Positions 9,197-20,561 are shown, numbered from the stretch's first letter. The stretch: DNA of 23,729 bases from Emiliania huxleyi CCMP1516 (GCF_000372725.1 NW_005202176.1:353152-376880); one strand, 5' to 3'. Notes: a model not told the origin generated them from the sequence alone. Translations and numbers: made by a program.

Positions 9197-9578
9197 CCTA
9201 CCTACCTACCTATTGCGGGCGCCAATCGCCAGGAGCCTGGCTCCGTGGTCCGTGCCCCACCTACCTACCTATTCCCACCCAGGCCGCGCAGCGAACGAAG
9301 CGAAAAAATACCCGTTAGCCCTCTGCGAATAGCAATAGGCTCCCAGCCGGCTTGTACCGCGGTGCGCGCCGCTCGCGAGCCCGCCAGAGCATGGCCTACG
9401 GGGCTTTTGACGCGTTGGACGGCCCTGTTCGCGGCTAAACGCGCCGTCTCCCGCGCGAGCGAAGCGGTCCCCCCCCCCGCCCCCCGCCCCGCCCCCCCCC
9501 CCCCCCCACACACCACCACCTACCTACCTATTGCGGGGCCCTCTGGGGCGGTCAAAACCGGACCTACCTACCTATTGC
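9197..9578 (+). repeat. Four dispersed copies of CCTACCTACCTATT plus a poly-C tract
   Basis: Copies near 9197-9214, 9260-9273, 9519-9532 and 9563-9576; C-rich tract at ~9469-9507. Confidence 0.75.
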
Positions 9579-10471
9579 ATAGGGTCTAACCGTGGGGAAC
9601 AGACCCCCTATCTGGGTAGGAGCCGGAACCCTGGGGTGCACGGAGTTAGTTGCAACCCTCTCCTCTCCCGAGGTGTCAAAGTGATGACCCTTTGCGTCGA
9701 ACCCGAGACCTAGCGCGGTGGGTTGGAGGGGGCTCGCTGCGAGGAAGGGCTGTGTAAGAAGCCGATCCCCGTAGTCCGCCCCACTCCTCCCCATCGTCGG
9801 GCCGCATAAGCGGCCGCGCCTCGCAGGTTCGTCGTTTCGTCCTCTATAGAGAACACACACCTGAGATTTTTAGCAATACCAAACAACTCTAACACTTTGT
9901 TTTTGTGTTGCTCTATAGCCGCGAGAGCGGCACAGTAAAAAAAACGCGTGTCGTGTCCTGAGCAGTGGTCCGACAGCATCAAGCGATCGGGTCGCTCGCG
10001 GAAGCCGGCCTCTCTCCTGTGCCAAGGCAGCTCGTCAAAAAGCGGCCCCTAGCCCCCGCCGCTGGTGCGAGTTGACGACCAGGCGCGCCACGAGCCCAGC
10101 CACCCCCGAGGCTTGCGCTGCCACAGCGCGCGCCCACCGCGGAAATGCGGGGGCAGCATGCCAGGTTTGCGAACTCCGCTGTGCGCCGACAAGCGGTATG
10201 GCGCCGAGGAGAGGCCATTTTCCTATTAGAAAAGGCTGCCGAGCGCAAGATTTTCTTCGCTGCGCGCCCAACCATGGTGGGCACGCAGCGCGGGGCGCCT
10301 GCGGCGCCCATTTTTTGAAATGTCTGCCACTCGCCTAACCTGATCTCAGAATCACTCTCCTCTTCGCAGCCGCGGTCGACACACGACAGCCGCAGGGTCT
10401 GCTGCTCTCTGCCGTGCTCACGCGGCGGCCCGCCAGGCCCAACGCGCCCTTGCCGCCCGGTCGGGGCTCGC

Positions 10472-12094
10472 CTAGACGTCGATGCCGCGCTCCTCGCACA
10501 CGGCCGCCAGCTCAGGCTGCACCTTGTTCTCCCAGCCCACGACGCGGAGCATCTGCGCGCGGAGCACCGGAGCATCAGCACGCGAGGGGAGGCGCGATGA
10601 GCATTGGGCGGGGGAGGGGCGTGCGGCGAGGGGTTCGTCTCGCGCCTTCAAGCTCGGGGCGGCCAGCGCCTTGCAGCCCTCTTCGCCAATCTGGTTGCCT
10701 TCGAGATAGAGCGTCTCGAGCCGCGGCGCTGTCCCCTCCTTTCCGATGGCGGCGGCCAGCGCCTTGCAGCCCTCGTCGCCAATCTTGTTGCCAACGAGAG
10801 AGAGCGTCTCGAGCCGCGGCACTGCCCCCTCCTTGCCGAGGGCGGCGGCCAGCGCCTTGCAGCCCTCGTCGCCGATCTGATTGTAGTTGAGCCAGAGCTT
10901 CTCGAGCCGCGGCGCCGCCCCGCTTGCCAGGACCTCCGCCAGCTGCGCCACCTCCGCGTCGCCCCAGCCGAGGTCGCCGTAGATCAGCACGGTCACCTTG
11001 CCAAACTGCTCCTAGAAGGCGGCCTCGTACAGCCGCTTCACCAGCGGCTTGTCGTCCTTGCCGTTGGTGAAGCTCTTCGACTCCAGCTCCGCTGCGAACG
11101 CAGACGGCAGCAGCGGAGGGCGCCGGCCGCCGTCCTGGGTGCAGTCGTCGGTTAGGCTGCCCCAGTCGTACTCCACGCCGTCGCGCATCTTGCCGAGGTC
11201 GAGCGAGAGGCGGCCGTCCTTGGTCAGGCTCGCCCAGCTGTTCTCGCAGAAGCACCAGCCGCGGTCAAAGTACGTGGCCACGTTGGTGCCCTCGGCCTGG
11301 TCCTCCGCATTGTGGCCGTCCGGGAAGGAGGTCAGCCGCAACACGAAAATCTGCGGGTTGGAGTAGAGGGTGCCGAGGCAGCCCAGCCCCTGCTTGAAGA
11401 GCGCGTTCTGCTCCTCGGTGCGCTCGACGCCGTGGGCGGGGTCGGGGTGCTGGTGCAGCGAGCCGAAGTCCCAAAAGACGCCGAGCCGCGTGAGGGGGCT
11501 GTGCGCGAAGTGGCTGTCAGTGAGCAGGGCCTTGAGCGCCCTTGCGACGCGGGAGAGGTTGGCTCCGCGCGGGTCGGGGTGGTCCTTGGTCAGCCACGGG
11601 TAGGAGAGCGCGGCGACGGGAAAGTCATCCTCGTCTGTGGCCTCGGCGAGGTCGGCGAGGGAGAGGAAGGCCTCTTTGGGCAGCGCCTGGCGGTGGGCGA
11701 GGACGCCACCCGCCTCGGCGTGGCTGATAATCCACTGAGCGTCGAGGAGTGCGACGGCGCCGCTCGCGAGGACCGGCTCCAGGTCGCCGCCGCCGTGCTT
11801 GCGCCAGTTCTTCAGCTTCTTGGCGGCAGAAGCGCGGGCCAGCCGCGCGTGTTGCACGGCGAACAGTATGATGCAAGCTTTCGGCCCGGAGCGAGATGCG
11901 TGAACCGCCGGGCCGGAGCGGATGGGGCGCACACCGCGAGAGCGGCGTTCCGGCTCTAGCGCAAGCCAGTGGCTTTTGTACCACGCGAACCACGCCTCTA
12001 GCTTGCTCTCGTCCACGCCGAGATCGGTGACCGGCTGCGTTGGCGCGGCGGTGCAGGGCAGCGACTTCTCGAAACACGCGCGCTTGGACAGCAT
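10472..12094 (-). pseudogene. HET-like domain + RI-type leucine-rich-repeat protein interrupted by one in-frame TAG at 11012-11014. Probable intron 10553-10645; start uncertain
   Basis: ALSYPWLTKDHPDP, VFWDFGSLHQ and YFDRGWCFCE resemble HET (PF06985) motifs. Three ~29-aa LRRs LExLxLxxNxIGDEGCKALA. The two ORFs are in the same frame, joined by YEAAF*EQFGK. Confidence 0.72.
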
Positions 12095-12869
12095 CGCGAT
12101 GGTGCTCAACAGCGGCTGTTCAAGCAGTCGCCGGAGCTGAAGGCGTGTCACGAGTGGGAAACGGTTTTCTTCTTTTTGCTGTGCGACCCCGGGTAAGCGT
12201 TCCCGTGCCTCGACAATTGCCGCTGGTAGGCGCGCCGCGCCGAACCATGGCGGGCGCGCCGCGGCCGCGCGCAACCTTCGTCACAATCAACCGCGCGCGG
12301 CCGTCGACCGGCAAGCACACGCCTCGACTCGGACACACTGTTCCGAGGGCAAGGGAGAGGGGCTGGCCCCTAGCCCTAGAGGAGAGCTTCCGAGACCCAC
12401 TCCAAGACCACGCACGCATCATCCCGCGGCCTGGCGGTCGGCGGGATTGCAACCAGTCTTCGCGTGCCGCCTGTCGTTCGATTCGGGCGCCTTTGGCGTC
12501 GGGGTGGCGAGCAGGGGACGCGGCTCTGAGCGCCCAGCGACGCGTGCCGGATGGAGTCCGGCCGCGGGTGACTAGGGAAGTTCGCTCAGGATGTGTGGCA
12601 GTCAGTTTGGCTGAGTGTCTTGTCTTGTGGTTCTGTGTGTCGCTCCTGTGTGACCGTCATCGCCCGTCCTGCGTCCACCCATACCGCGTTGGTGTCCCAG
12701 TCGTTGGTCGGACTGTGTTTCGCCTTCCCATCAATCAATCAATTGAACGAAAAGAAGAGCCGCGAAGAACGACACATCGAGCCTGCGGGGTCTGTTTGTA
12801 TTTGCGCCTACCCTCACCTCGGGTAGGCCGTTCACACTACGCGCAATTACGGCCGTTGCGGCGCACATC

Positions 12870-13274
12870 TCACACATCCTCAGCAGCTCTGTGTCTCGCT
12901 ATCTCCTCCTGAAGCAGTCGAGCCATGTCGTCCACGCTGTTTCGTGGTCGCGCCTCGCGGCTGCGCAACAAGCTCCGCACCGCCGCGTCAAAGTGACGCG
13001 CCGCCACCACTGGCGGCGGCACCGACTCGGCCTGCGTGACCGCTTGCCCCTCCGCGCCCGCCGCCTGGCCCCCGTCCGCCTCGTCGTCCTCGCTGCCGTC
13101 GTCGCTCTCGCTGCCGCTGCCGTCGGCGCCGTCCTGTGCCGCCACCGCCTCCGCCTCCGGGAGGCCCTCCTGGATTGCGCGCACCATCGCGTCGGCGCAG
13201 AGCGCGTAGTAGTCGGCGCCGGAGAGGCCGATGGGGCAGCGGGCGGCGACGTCGGACAGGGCGACGTCGGGCGC
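12870..13274 (-). pseudogene. C-terminal fragment of a PEX6-like AAA+ ATPase (D2 lid only)
   Basis: APDVALSDVAARCPIGLSGADYYALCADAMVRAI...VVAARHFDAAVRSL matches the PEX6-type GAD(F/Y)YALCxDA lid. In-frame TAG upstream at 13296-13298; no Walker A/B exons before the next gene. Confidence 0.65.
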
Positions 13275-13356
13275 TCGCTCGCCCTCTGCCTTCGGCTAAC
13301 CTCGGAATGTGACAGCAGTATTGCTGTGAACGTTCCTGCACAGCCTCTTACCTAAG

Positions 13357-13625
13357 GATGGCTGAGCTAGCTACAGTGCAGCCATAGCCTCCAGCCCGAT
13401 GGCTGCGATACACAGAGGGCAGCTATCCTGACTAGGGATGGCTGGAAGCTCGCTGCTGCAGCCATACCGCCCGCCCCGGGGCGGGCCCTCATGGCTGAGC
13501 TGGCTATATCGCAGCCATTTTGGGTAAGATGGCTGGGGCACAGCCATTGCAGCCATCTGCTATGGCTGGAGCACAGCGATTGCAGCCATCCGGAGCATGG
13601 CTGGTGATAATCGACAGCAGCCATC
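13357..13625. repeat. Low-complexity array of CAGCCAT/ATGGCTG in alternating orientation
   Basis: About 14 copies of the 7-mer or its reverse complement, mostly alternating. Confidence 0.8.
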
Positions 13626-13912
13626 CCGCCACCCCCGCCACGAGCCCGACGCCGCTGCTGGACGCCGCGGGCGCCGCCTCCGCCACTACACCCACCGGCA
13701 TCAAGAGAGGAGCTTGTAGAGAGCCGAGCCCACCCTCTCTGTTGATTGTCGGTGTGTTTTTCTTTTCGGCTTCTTCCCTCACCTCCTCCTCGTTCTAAAA
13801 GATCTGTAGAAAAAATTCATTTTTCGGAAGTTTGGGCGACCCGGACCCTTGGCGGACGACCATGATGAAATGCCGAAGCGGCTTCAGCTCTCACATGAGT
13901 GTAGGCATCATC

Positions 13913-15561
13913 TCACATGACGCGGCGGAGCTGCTTGGGCAGGGGGTAGCCCGTGTCGAGCCAGCACTGCGGATTGGGCTGGCGAAGCTCAAGGCCCCGT
14001 AGCTTTCGCTCAGTTGGAGCTCCGTTGAGCTTGAGCGGCAGTCCAAAGACGTGCCTCCCGCCGAGCTCGGCGCGGGTGAGCTGCAGGGCGGTGCCGACCA
14101 CCTCCTCCACCTCCTCCTCGCTCTCCGAGTCGTCGCTGTAATCGTCAGTACGAGCCACCGTCTTCAACTCCTTGACCTCCCGCACCGAAATCAGATCCTT
14201 GAGCTCATTCCAATCTGCACAGGCCATAATCCAGGAATCACTGTGTGAATGTAAATGTGTGCGCGCAAGGCATGTGCGCATGTGCCGGTCGCTGGTGCCG
14301 AGGCAGGGCGTGGGCGCGCACAGTGCGGAATGGCCGAGCCGATCAGCATGCTCCTTGTTTGCACGCGCTTTCCCACAGTGCATCTCGAGCCATTCTTGCA
14401 CCGTGGACCGTGCGCGCATATGCTCAGCGCGTCATCGTACAATCTCGTCCACCCCGCGGCCAGCTGAGGGTCGTCCTCGGCGATCAGCTTGAACCGTGGA
14501 ACACCACTCGGTAACTTCTGAGTGAACTCAGCGAGAGTCACGGTTACCCCCGGTCCGATGCCTGGCCGGAAGACGCGGAACAATGCGACCTCGTTGTTCC
14601 TATCGTGGACATGGCGACTCTTGCAGATGAGCAGGGCGTAGGCGAGGACGTCCTTCTCACGCCCAAGCAGAGAGTTGTGGGAGACGTAGAAGCCCTCGCC
14701 CTCGAACAGCCCGCCGCCCGACGCGAGGCGGAGCTCAGCCACGTGCGCGGCCGCACGCTCGAATGAGATGCCTCGATCCCGGTCAAGCTTGAGCCATTGC
14801 AGCCGTCCGCATTTGCACGGGATGTCACGCGGGTAGCCGGGGTGCATCGTCTCGTGCGAGTCGAGCGGACCGAAGTCGAGCGGACCGAAGTCGAAGGTCT
14901 CCCGCCCGAGGGCCTCCGCCGCCTCGCGCAGCGCGGGGAGGTTGTGCTGCTCAGCGAGCTCCCACGCATCGAGCACGTTCGCAGCGGTGAGGCGGCTCGC
15001 GATGGCCCCCTCGACGGCGCGCTGGGCCGTCGGCATCTGCAGCCGCGCCGCGGTGATCAGGAGCGCCGGCAGGCCGCCGCAGCGCACCGAGCACTCGCCG
15101 TGGTAGACGAGCTCGAGAAGTGCCTGAAGCTCGGTCGCAGTCACTTCGCGCAGCGCCACCTCTCGTGCGGTGCTGTCCGTCATGCCGGCCCCGAAGAGCG
15201 CCGCGAGGAAATCGGAGGCGGCCGCCATCGCCGAGGTGTGCACGCGGAAACGCTGATCGTCAGAGAGGAGCGTGAGGTCGGCCGGTTCGCCGGCGTCGAG
15301 GCACGACTGCGCCTCCGGGGAGGCGATGGTGCGCACGGTGACGAGCTCGCCAGGTGAGCCCATCGCGAGCAGCTGTGCAGCATCGCTGCAGAGCGGCTCC
15401 CAGCCGGCCTGCTCCTGGGAGCTGGCGGTGCGCAGGTAATCCTCCACGGCTAACCCATTTCCGCCGAGCGGCCGGAGCGATTCGACGAGGGCGAGCAGCT
15501 GGTCCCGAGAGAGATCGGGGAGCGCGAGGCTGCGGCGCGGGAGTTTGTTGGCAGCGTGCAT
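13913..15561 (-). CDS. BTB/POZ(-BACK) protein fused to a Strawberry notch (SBNO) C-terminal-like domain. Probable intron 14215-14321
   Basis: BTB: ADLTLLSDDQRFRVHTSAMAAASDFLAALFGAGM...LQALLELVYHG. C-terminal DRDRGISFE..A, GFYVS, FRVFRPGIG, W..LY....CAHGPRCKNGSRCTVGKR...LIGSAIP resembles the SBNO C-terminus (recognised from memory). Confidence 0.75.
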
Positions 15562-16044
15562 AATAAGCAACGGGAGGGGAGCTGCGGGGCGCGTGTTTTT
15601 TTTCCCCTCGCGCTTGTAGGTTCGTTGGCACGACAAAAAGAGAAGGAAGTAAACCTCCATATTATTTTGGTGTTCGGCTCGTGTTCATAAAATTAAACAA
15701 ATTTATTTAAGCATTAAGGCCAACCAGTAGCACGAGAGGACAAACACCTCGCAGGAAAGAATCCGCATCAACGCATGAAACTCGATGAAACACAATATCT
15801 AACCCATTGGCATTGCCATGACGCCACACGGTCCTTAGTGTGCCGCCCCCACGATATTGCTCCCCCCTCCGCCCTCACCGTGCGCCGCCCCACCGGTTTT
15901 TCGCGATCAGGTAAGGTAAGGTAAGGTAAACTTCTCCACACACACGAGGTGGTGGGGCAAGGGGGGGCAACCCTCGCGTCTCCACGTCTGACGACAGGAG
16001 CCCCACGGCATTCAAAGTGCAAGGCCCAGTGCGCGTGGGTGAGC

Positions 16045-16170
<126 letters not shown>

Positions 16171-16309
16171 ACGTCACTGCATCCTCCGCCGGTTCCTCCC
16201 GTCGCCTCTTCTTTGTTCGAATGTTTTTCAATCCATCCTTCACGAAGCCCTCCCATGTAGCTAGCGTTCTTGGCGAATGCCTCGAAATGGCCAGCAGGCG
16301 CTTGATCAA

Positions 16310-16349
16310 GCACTTGGAGCACTTGGAGCACTTGGAGCACTTGGAGCAC
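16310..16349. repeat. 9-bp tandem repeat (GCACTTGGA)x4
   Basis: Seen directly; (GGTAA)x4 also lies at ~15910-15929. Confidence 0.9.
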
Positions 16350-16985
16350 TGTGCGGGCCGCTCGTCCTCCCCGCCCTTCTTTCGTCCTCCCGTCCCTCCC
16401 CTCCACCATGGCCTTCTCGGCACTTCTTTCTCCATCCGCCTCGCCCTGCCTTTTCGTATCGTGCCGTTCGCCCTCCATTCGGTGACCTCCATGGCTGTCC
16501 GCCCCCCTTTGGGTGGCGCTCTCGATACGGTTGCGTCAACCTCGACGTCGCTGTCGCCCTCCCCGTCCCCGCCGGCGTCCGTGCCTCGGTTCGCGTATCG
16601 GTAGCGTCTCCGTTGTTCCCTCGTGCCCCGCCGTCGCCCTCTCTGCTCGGGCCGTTAGCGATTTCGCCCCTCCTGCGTGTCGCCCCTCCGTCCCCTCCCC
16701 TTTCTTCGTCGTCATCGTCGCTGTCGCGAAAGCCCTCATCCACATCAATCGGCTCTCGTCGTCGCTCTCTCGCAAATCGTCGAACGTCGAGAACGCGGCC
16801 GACGACCCGCAGCCGCCCGACGTCCCGCACGCGCCCGAACACCGGGTCCCGAGTGTATCGCCGACCGCAAGCTCCGAAGAGCGAGCTCGCTGATCTTGAA
16901 GGACAGCCCGGATGCGCACGCGGCGCAGGGCTCGAATCAAGCGGACGCGCGAGGGGGGCTCCCGCGCTCTAGTATACTTTGCGAC

Positions 16986-17858
16986 CTAGGCCTTGCGCTG
17001 TTCGCCTGTCGGGATCGGGCCGAGCATCTCCGGCGCGCCCAGCCGGAACGAGGTGAGCCCGATCGGCGGCGCGGGGCTCGACGTGACCGAGCTTTTGTGC
17101 AGGCGCTCGTCGTTCGGGTCGGGCGCGTAGATCTCGCCGATAAAGGGGCGGCTCGTGTCGTAGTTCGCAAACCAGACGCCCATCGCGGCCGTTAGCGCGT
17201 CGTCGGATTTATCCATGTGTTTCAGGTACGCGTCGTGGTTCGCAAAGAGCCGGAGATCATGGACCCGATCCGCGTGATCGGGGTCGCGCGAGACCGACGC
17301 ACCCAAGATTCCGGGCACCTTCGCGCGCCAAAGATCGCTCACGGTCTGAAACGACGACGCGAGATCGTCCATGCAGCCCGGTTTGACGTATCGCTTCGTG
17401 AAGCCAAACAGAGGAGGCCCTTCCGGGATCAGCCCCGCGTCGTCGGCTTTGACGAACCCCGCCATCGGAGCGTGGAATCGGTATGTCACCGACGAATTAG
17501 CTGCAGACTCCGCAGCCAGTCCCTCGGTCCACCCGCCGTAGCAATCCAACGCGTCCGGATCCTGCTCGGAGCTCTCGTAATACGCTGCCAAGCTTTCCTG
17601 TTGACTCGCATCGTGCGCGAAGGAGGATGCTCCCGCAGACCAGAAAACGTGCCAGAAAACGCGCGGGTCGTCATGATCGGCGAAAGCGAACATCGCGTGA
17701 ATACCCGAGCCCGGTCTTGTCGACGATGCGGCGAGAGACGAGAAACGCTCCTTGAACTCGTCGACCAAGCCCTCTTTGACGCGCCTTCTGCCGTGGACGA
17801 GAAGGGGCACGGCCGAAGCCGCGCTGGACGCGAGCGTGCGGCCATCGAAAGAAGTCAT
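16986..17858 (-). CDS. Intronless protein with two tandem ABM-like (dimeric alpha-beta barrel) domains
   Basis: Two similar modules: LVHGRRRVKEGLVDEFKERF...ADHDDPRVFWHVFW and FGFTKRYVKPGCMDDLASSF...SRDPDHADRVHDLRLFANHDAYLKH. Confidence 0.65.
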   Translation of the reverse strand: MTSFDGRTLASSAASAVPLLVHGRRRVKEGLVDEFKERFSSLAASSTRPGSGIHAMFAFADHDDPRVFWHVFWSAGASSFAHDASQQESLAAYYESSEQDPDALDCYGGWTEGLAAESAANSSVTYRFHAPMAGFVKADDAGLIPEGPPLFGFTKRYVKPGCMDDLASSFQTVSDLWRAKVPGILGASVSRDPDHADRVHDLRLFANHDAYLKHMDKSDDALTAAMGVWFANYDTSRPFIGEIYAPDPNDERLHKSSVTSSPAPPIGLTSFRLGAPEMLGPIPTGEQRKA

Positions 17859-18052
17859 GCGGCAAATAGAGCAGACATCTCCAGGAGAGATGGGCGACGC
17901 ACAAACACAGAGGCACGAGCAGGGCACGAGAGCAGGGGCACGAGAGTGGCCGCGTCGGCTTTTTTTTGTTTTTTTGGCAACTCTTCCCGCGAGTGTTTCC
18001 GCCGCAGGTTTTTTTCTTTTCGGAGAACTCCTTCCCGGGACTGTTCAATACC

Positions 18053-18174
18053 ATGCTGCCTCTCGCCTCGCTCTTCTCGCCCTCCGTCACCACTCTCCTC
18101 AACGGCGTGCGCATCGAGCACGCCTCCTGGAACAGCGGCTCGTCCGACGCGGTCCTGCTCCTCATGGCACATGG
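18053..18174 (+). other. Possible first exon or remnant of an alpha/beta-hydrolase-like gene
   Basis: MLPLASLFSPSVTTLLNGVRIEHASWNSGSSDAVLLLMAHG has coding-like GC3 bias and ends in a hydrophobic-HG motif. No continuation found downstream. Confidence 0.3.
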
Positions 18175-18268
18175 GGCACAGCGCGCGCCTCTGTCCGGCC
18201 CTCTCCGAGCTCCGAGGGGGGGAAAGGGAATTACGCACCACACACACGCACGCGCACCCTGAGCCCTG

Positions 18269-18985
18269 GCTGTCAGGCTGTCAGGTGCTGTCACCTGTCA
18301 GGTGATCTGTCAGGCTGTCAGGCACTGTCAGGCACTGTCAGGTGCCTCTGTCAGACCAGCTGTCAGGTGCTGTCAGTGCTGTCGGGTGCTGTCGGGTGCG
18401 TGTCTGACATCAGAGGGGCTCCGTAGCTGTCGGGTGCTGTCGGAGCTGTCGGGTGTTGCTGTCAGACGCTGTCGGAGCTGTCAGAGCTGTCGGGCTGCTG
18501 CTGCTGTCAGAGACGCCGGTGCTGTCAGGTGCTGTCGGTTGGTGCTGTCGGGGTGCTGTCAGGCTCTGACACACCATCCACACTTATGACATTATCAAGA
18601 GGAGACCAGCAGGACTCTACTACACATACTCTAGCCTCTACTCTGCCAGAAGGGGTCCGCCTGGGGAGCGCAGATGGCGGCGCAGGCGCAGGCGGCGGCG
18701 ACGGCAGGCGCGGCACAGACGGCGGCGGCCACCCCCACCCAGACGCCGTAGGCATATGGCTGTAGGGCCCCAGAAGGCTAGCTGGTAGCTTCATCTGTAG
18801 TTGTAGCACAGCCGCGGGTCCGCAGAGCCAGAGGTGGGGCGGGAGGGTTGAGAGAGAGACCCATGAGGCATGACCATCCCATGTCGGAGCTGTGTACACA
18901 GTGCTGTCGGAGCTGTCAACACTGTTTCAGGCTGTAGGGCGCACTATCATGCGCTGTACGGGGGTATTTGCTGTCAGGCTGTCAG
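18269..18985. repeat. Degenerate CTGTCAG/CTGTCGG short-word arrays (18269-18570 and ~18880-18985)
   Basis: Dozens of ctgtc(a/g)g words at 8-11 bp spacing, with occasional inverted ctgaca copies. Confidence 0.85.
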
Positions 18986-19348
18986 ACCAAGGGCTCAGCG
19001 CGCACCGGCACGGGCAGCGGCCTTGCGCAGCGCTCGCTGTCGCGCAACGTGCAGACGTGCATCGCTAGTAGACTAAGCCACGCTTACAGGTACACGCACC
19101 CGGTCTCGGCCAAACCCACACCGGGGCACCGCCACGTCGCGCCCATTATCATCTCCCATATCTCACACCCAGACCCTTCCCCCACCTGCACGCCGTCCAC
19201 TTTCCCGCCACGTTACATGCATAGACACCGGATCCGACCCAGCTCGACCCGCACCAGCCTCTCCCCCTCTCTCCTCCTCGCACGACTTCATCCGATGGCC
19301 TCATCGTAGCCGTCCTAAACCGCGATTCAGTTGCCACGAGAAAGGCCC

Positions 19349-20327
19349 TCAGGCAGTCGGATACTCCCACTGCGTCACGTTCAGCGTCGGGTTGCAGTAG
19401 TAGGTGACGCCGCTCTTCGGGTCGACCTGTGGCGGGGCCAAGGACCTCAGTCTATGCCTCGGCGCATCGGCCGCACGCACTACGAACGGACCCCAGACTG
19501 CCACCCCGGAGGCAGCGCCGCGCCGCCACTCGGTGCAGGCCGAGGAGGGGCCGCTGGCTGCGCCGCCGGCTGCGCCGCTGGCTGCGCCGCTGGCTGCGCC
19601 GCTGGCTGCGCCGCCGCTGGCTGAGCCGCCGCTGGCTGAGCCGCCGCCGGCTGTGCCGCCACTGGCCGTGCCGCCGGTTGGGCTGGTGCGGAGCGCGCCG
19701 GCGCAACAGAGGCAGGGGCGGGCGTAGAGGCAGGGGTGGAGGGCATGGCAGCGGGTGTGGCAACCGCTGGCGGGGCCGGGGCTGGCGGCGTCGGGGCCAC
19801 AAGCGCCGGCGGGGCCACAGGCGATGCCGGCGGAGGCTCCCACCGGCTCGTGTTTGTCGCAGCGTGGTAGTAGTACGTGCGGCCGTGCGGGTCGCGGCCA
19901 GACACCCAGCCTGCAGCAGACGAGCGCCGGTGAAGTGCGGCTCCGACGCACCAACAAGGCTTGCAACGGGGAGGCGAGGGGGGAGAAGCCACACCTGCGG
20001 GCAATGCCGGCGCCGCGCCTCCGCCGGGAGCGGCGCCGCCGGAGCGCATCGCTGCCAGGTTCGGGAGGCTGCCTCCTGCCGGCGCGCCAGGCTGGGCCAT
20101 CCGCGCCAAGCTGCCGACCGGCACCGGCGCTGGTACCTGCCCGGCGCCAAGCCCGCCCATGAGGGCGCCTCCCATACCGCAGCCCATGCCGGCCCCCATG
20201 CCGCCCGGCATGCCCGGCATGCCCCCTCCGGCCATGCCCCCGCCCGGCATGCCCGGCATCCCCGCTCCGGGCGCCCCTCCTCCGCACTGCCCAAACGCAG
20301 CCGATGGTGCGCCGAGGCCCATCGGGC
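19349..20327 (-). CDS. 3' part of a Pro/Gly/Met-rich protein with two WW domains. Introns 19911-19994 and 19427-19491; 5' exons lost in gap/satellite
   Basis: WW1 LPA|GWVSGRDPHGRTYYYHAATNTSRWEPP and WW2 LPPGWQSG|VDPKSGVTYYCNPTLNVTQWEYP. GMPG repeats and an AAQP linker. Acceptor TAG| at 20328. Confidence 0.85.
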
Positions 20328-20561
20328 CTACCGCGGACGCGAGACGCCCTCAGAGCGGCGGGCGGTGCGAGGAGCGAGCGGCGGCGTCGCGGCGCCGCGG
20401 GTTTGCGGCGCTGCGATCATCGGAGGGCGCGGCGCTGCCAGCTGCGGCGGCGCGGAAGAAANNNNNNNNNNNNNNNNNNNNNNNNNNNNNNNNNNNNNNN
20501 NNNNNNNNNNNNNNNNNNNNNNNNNNNNNNNNNNNNNNNNNNNNNNNNNNNNNNNNNNNNN

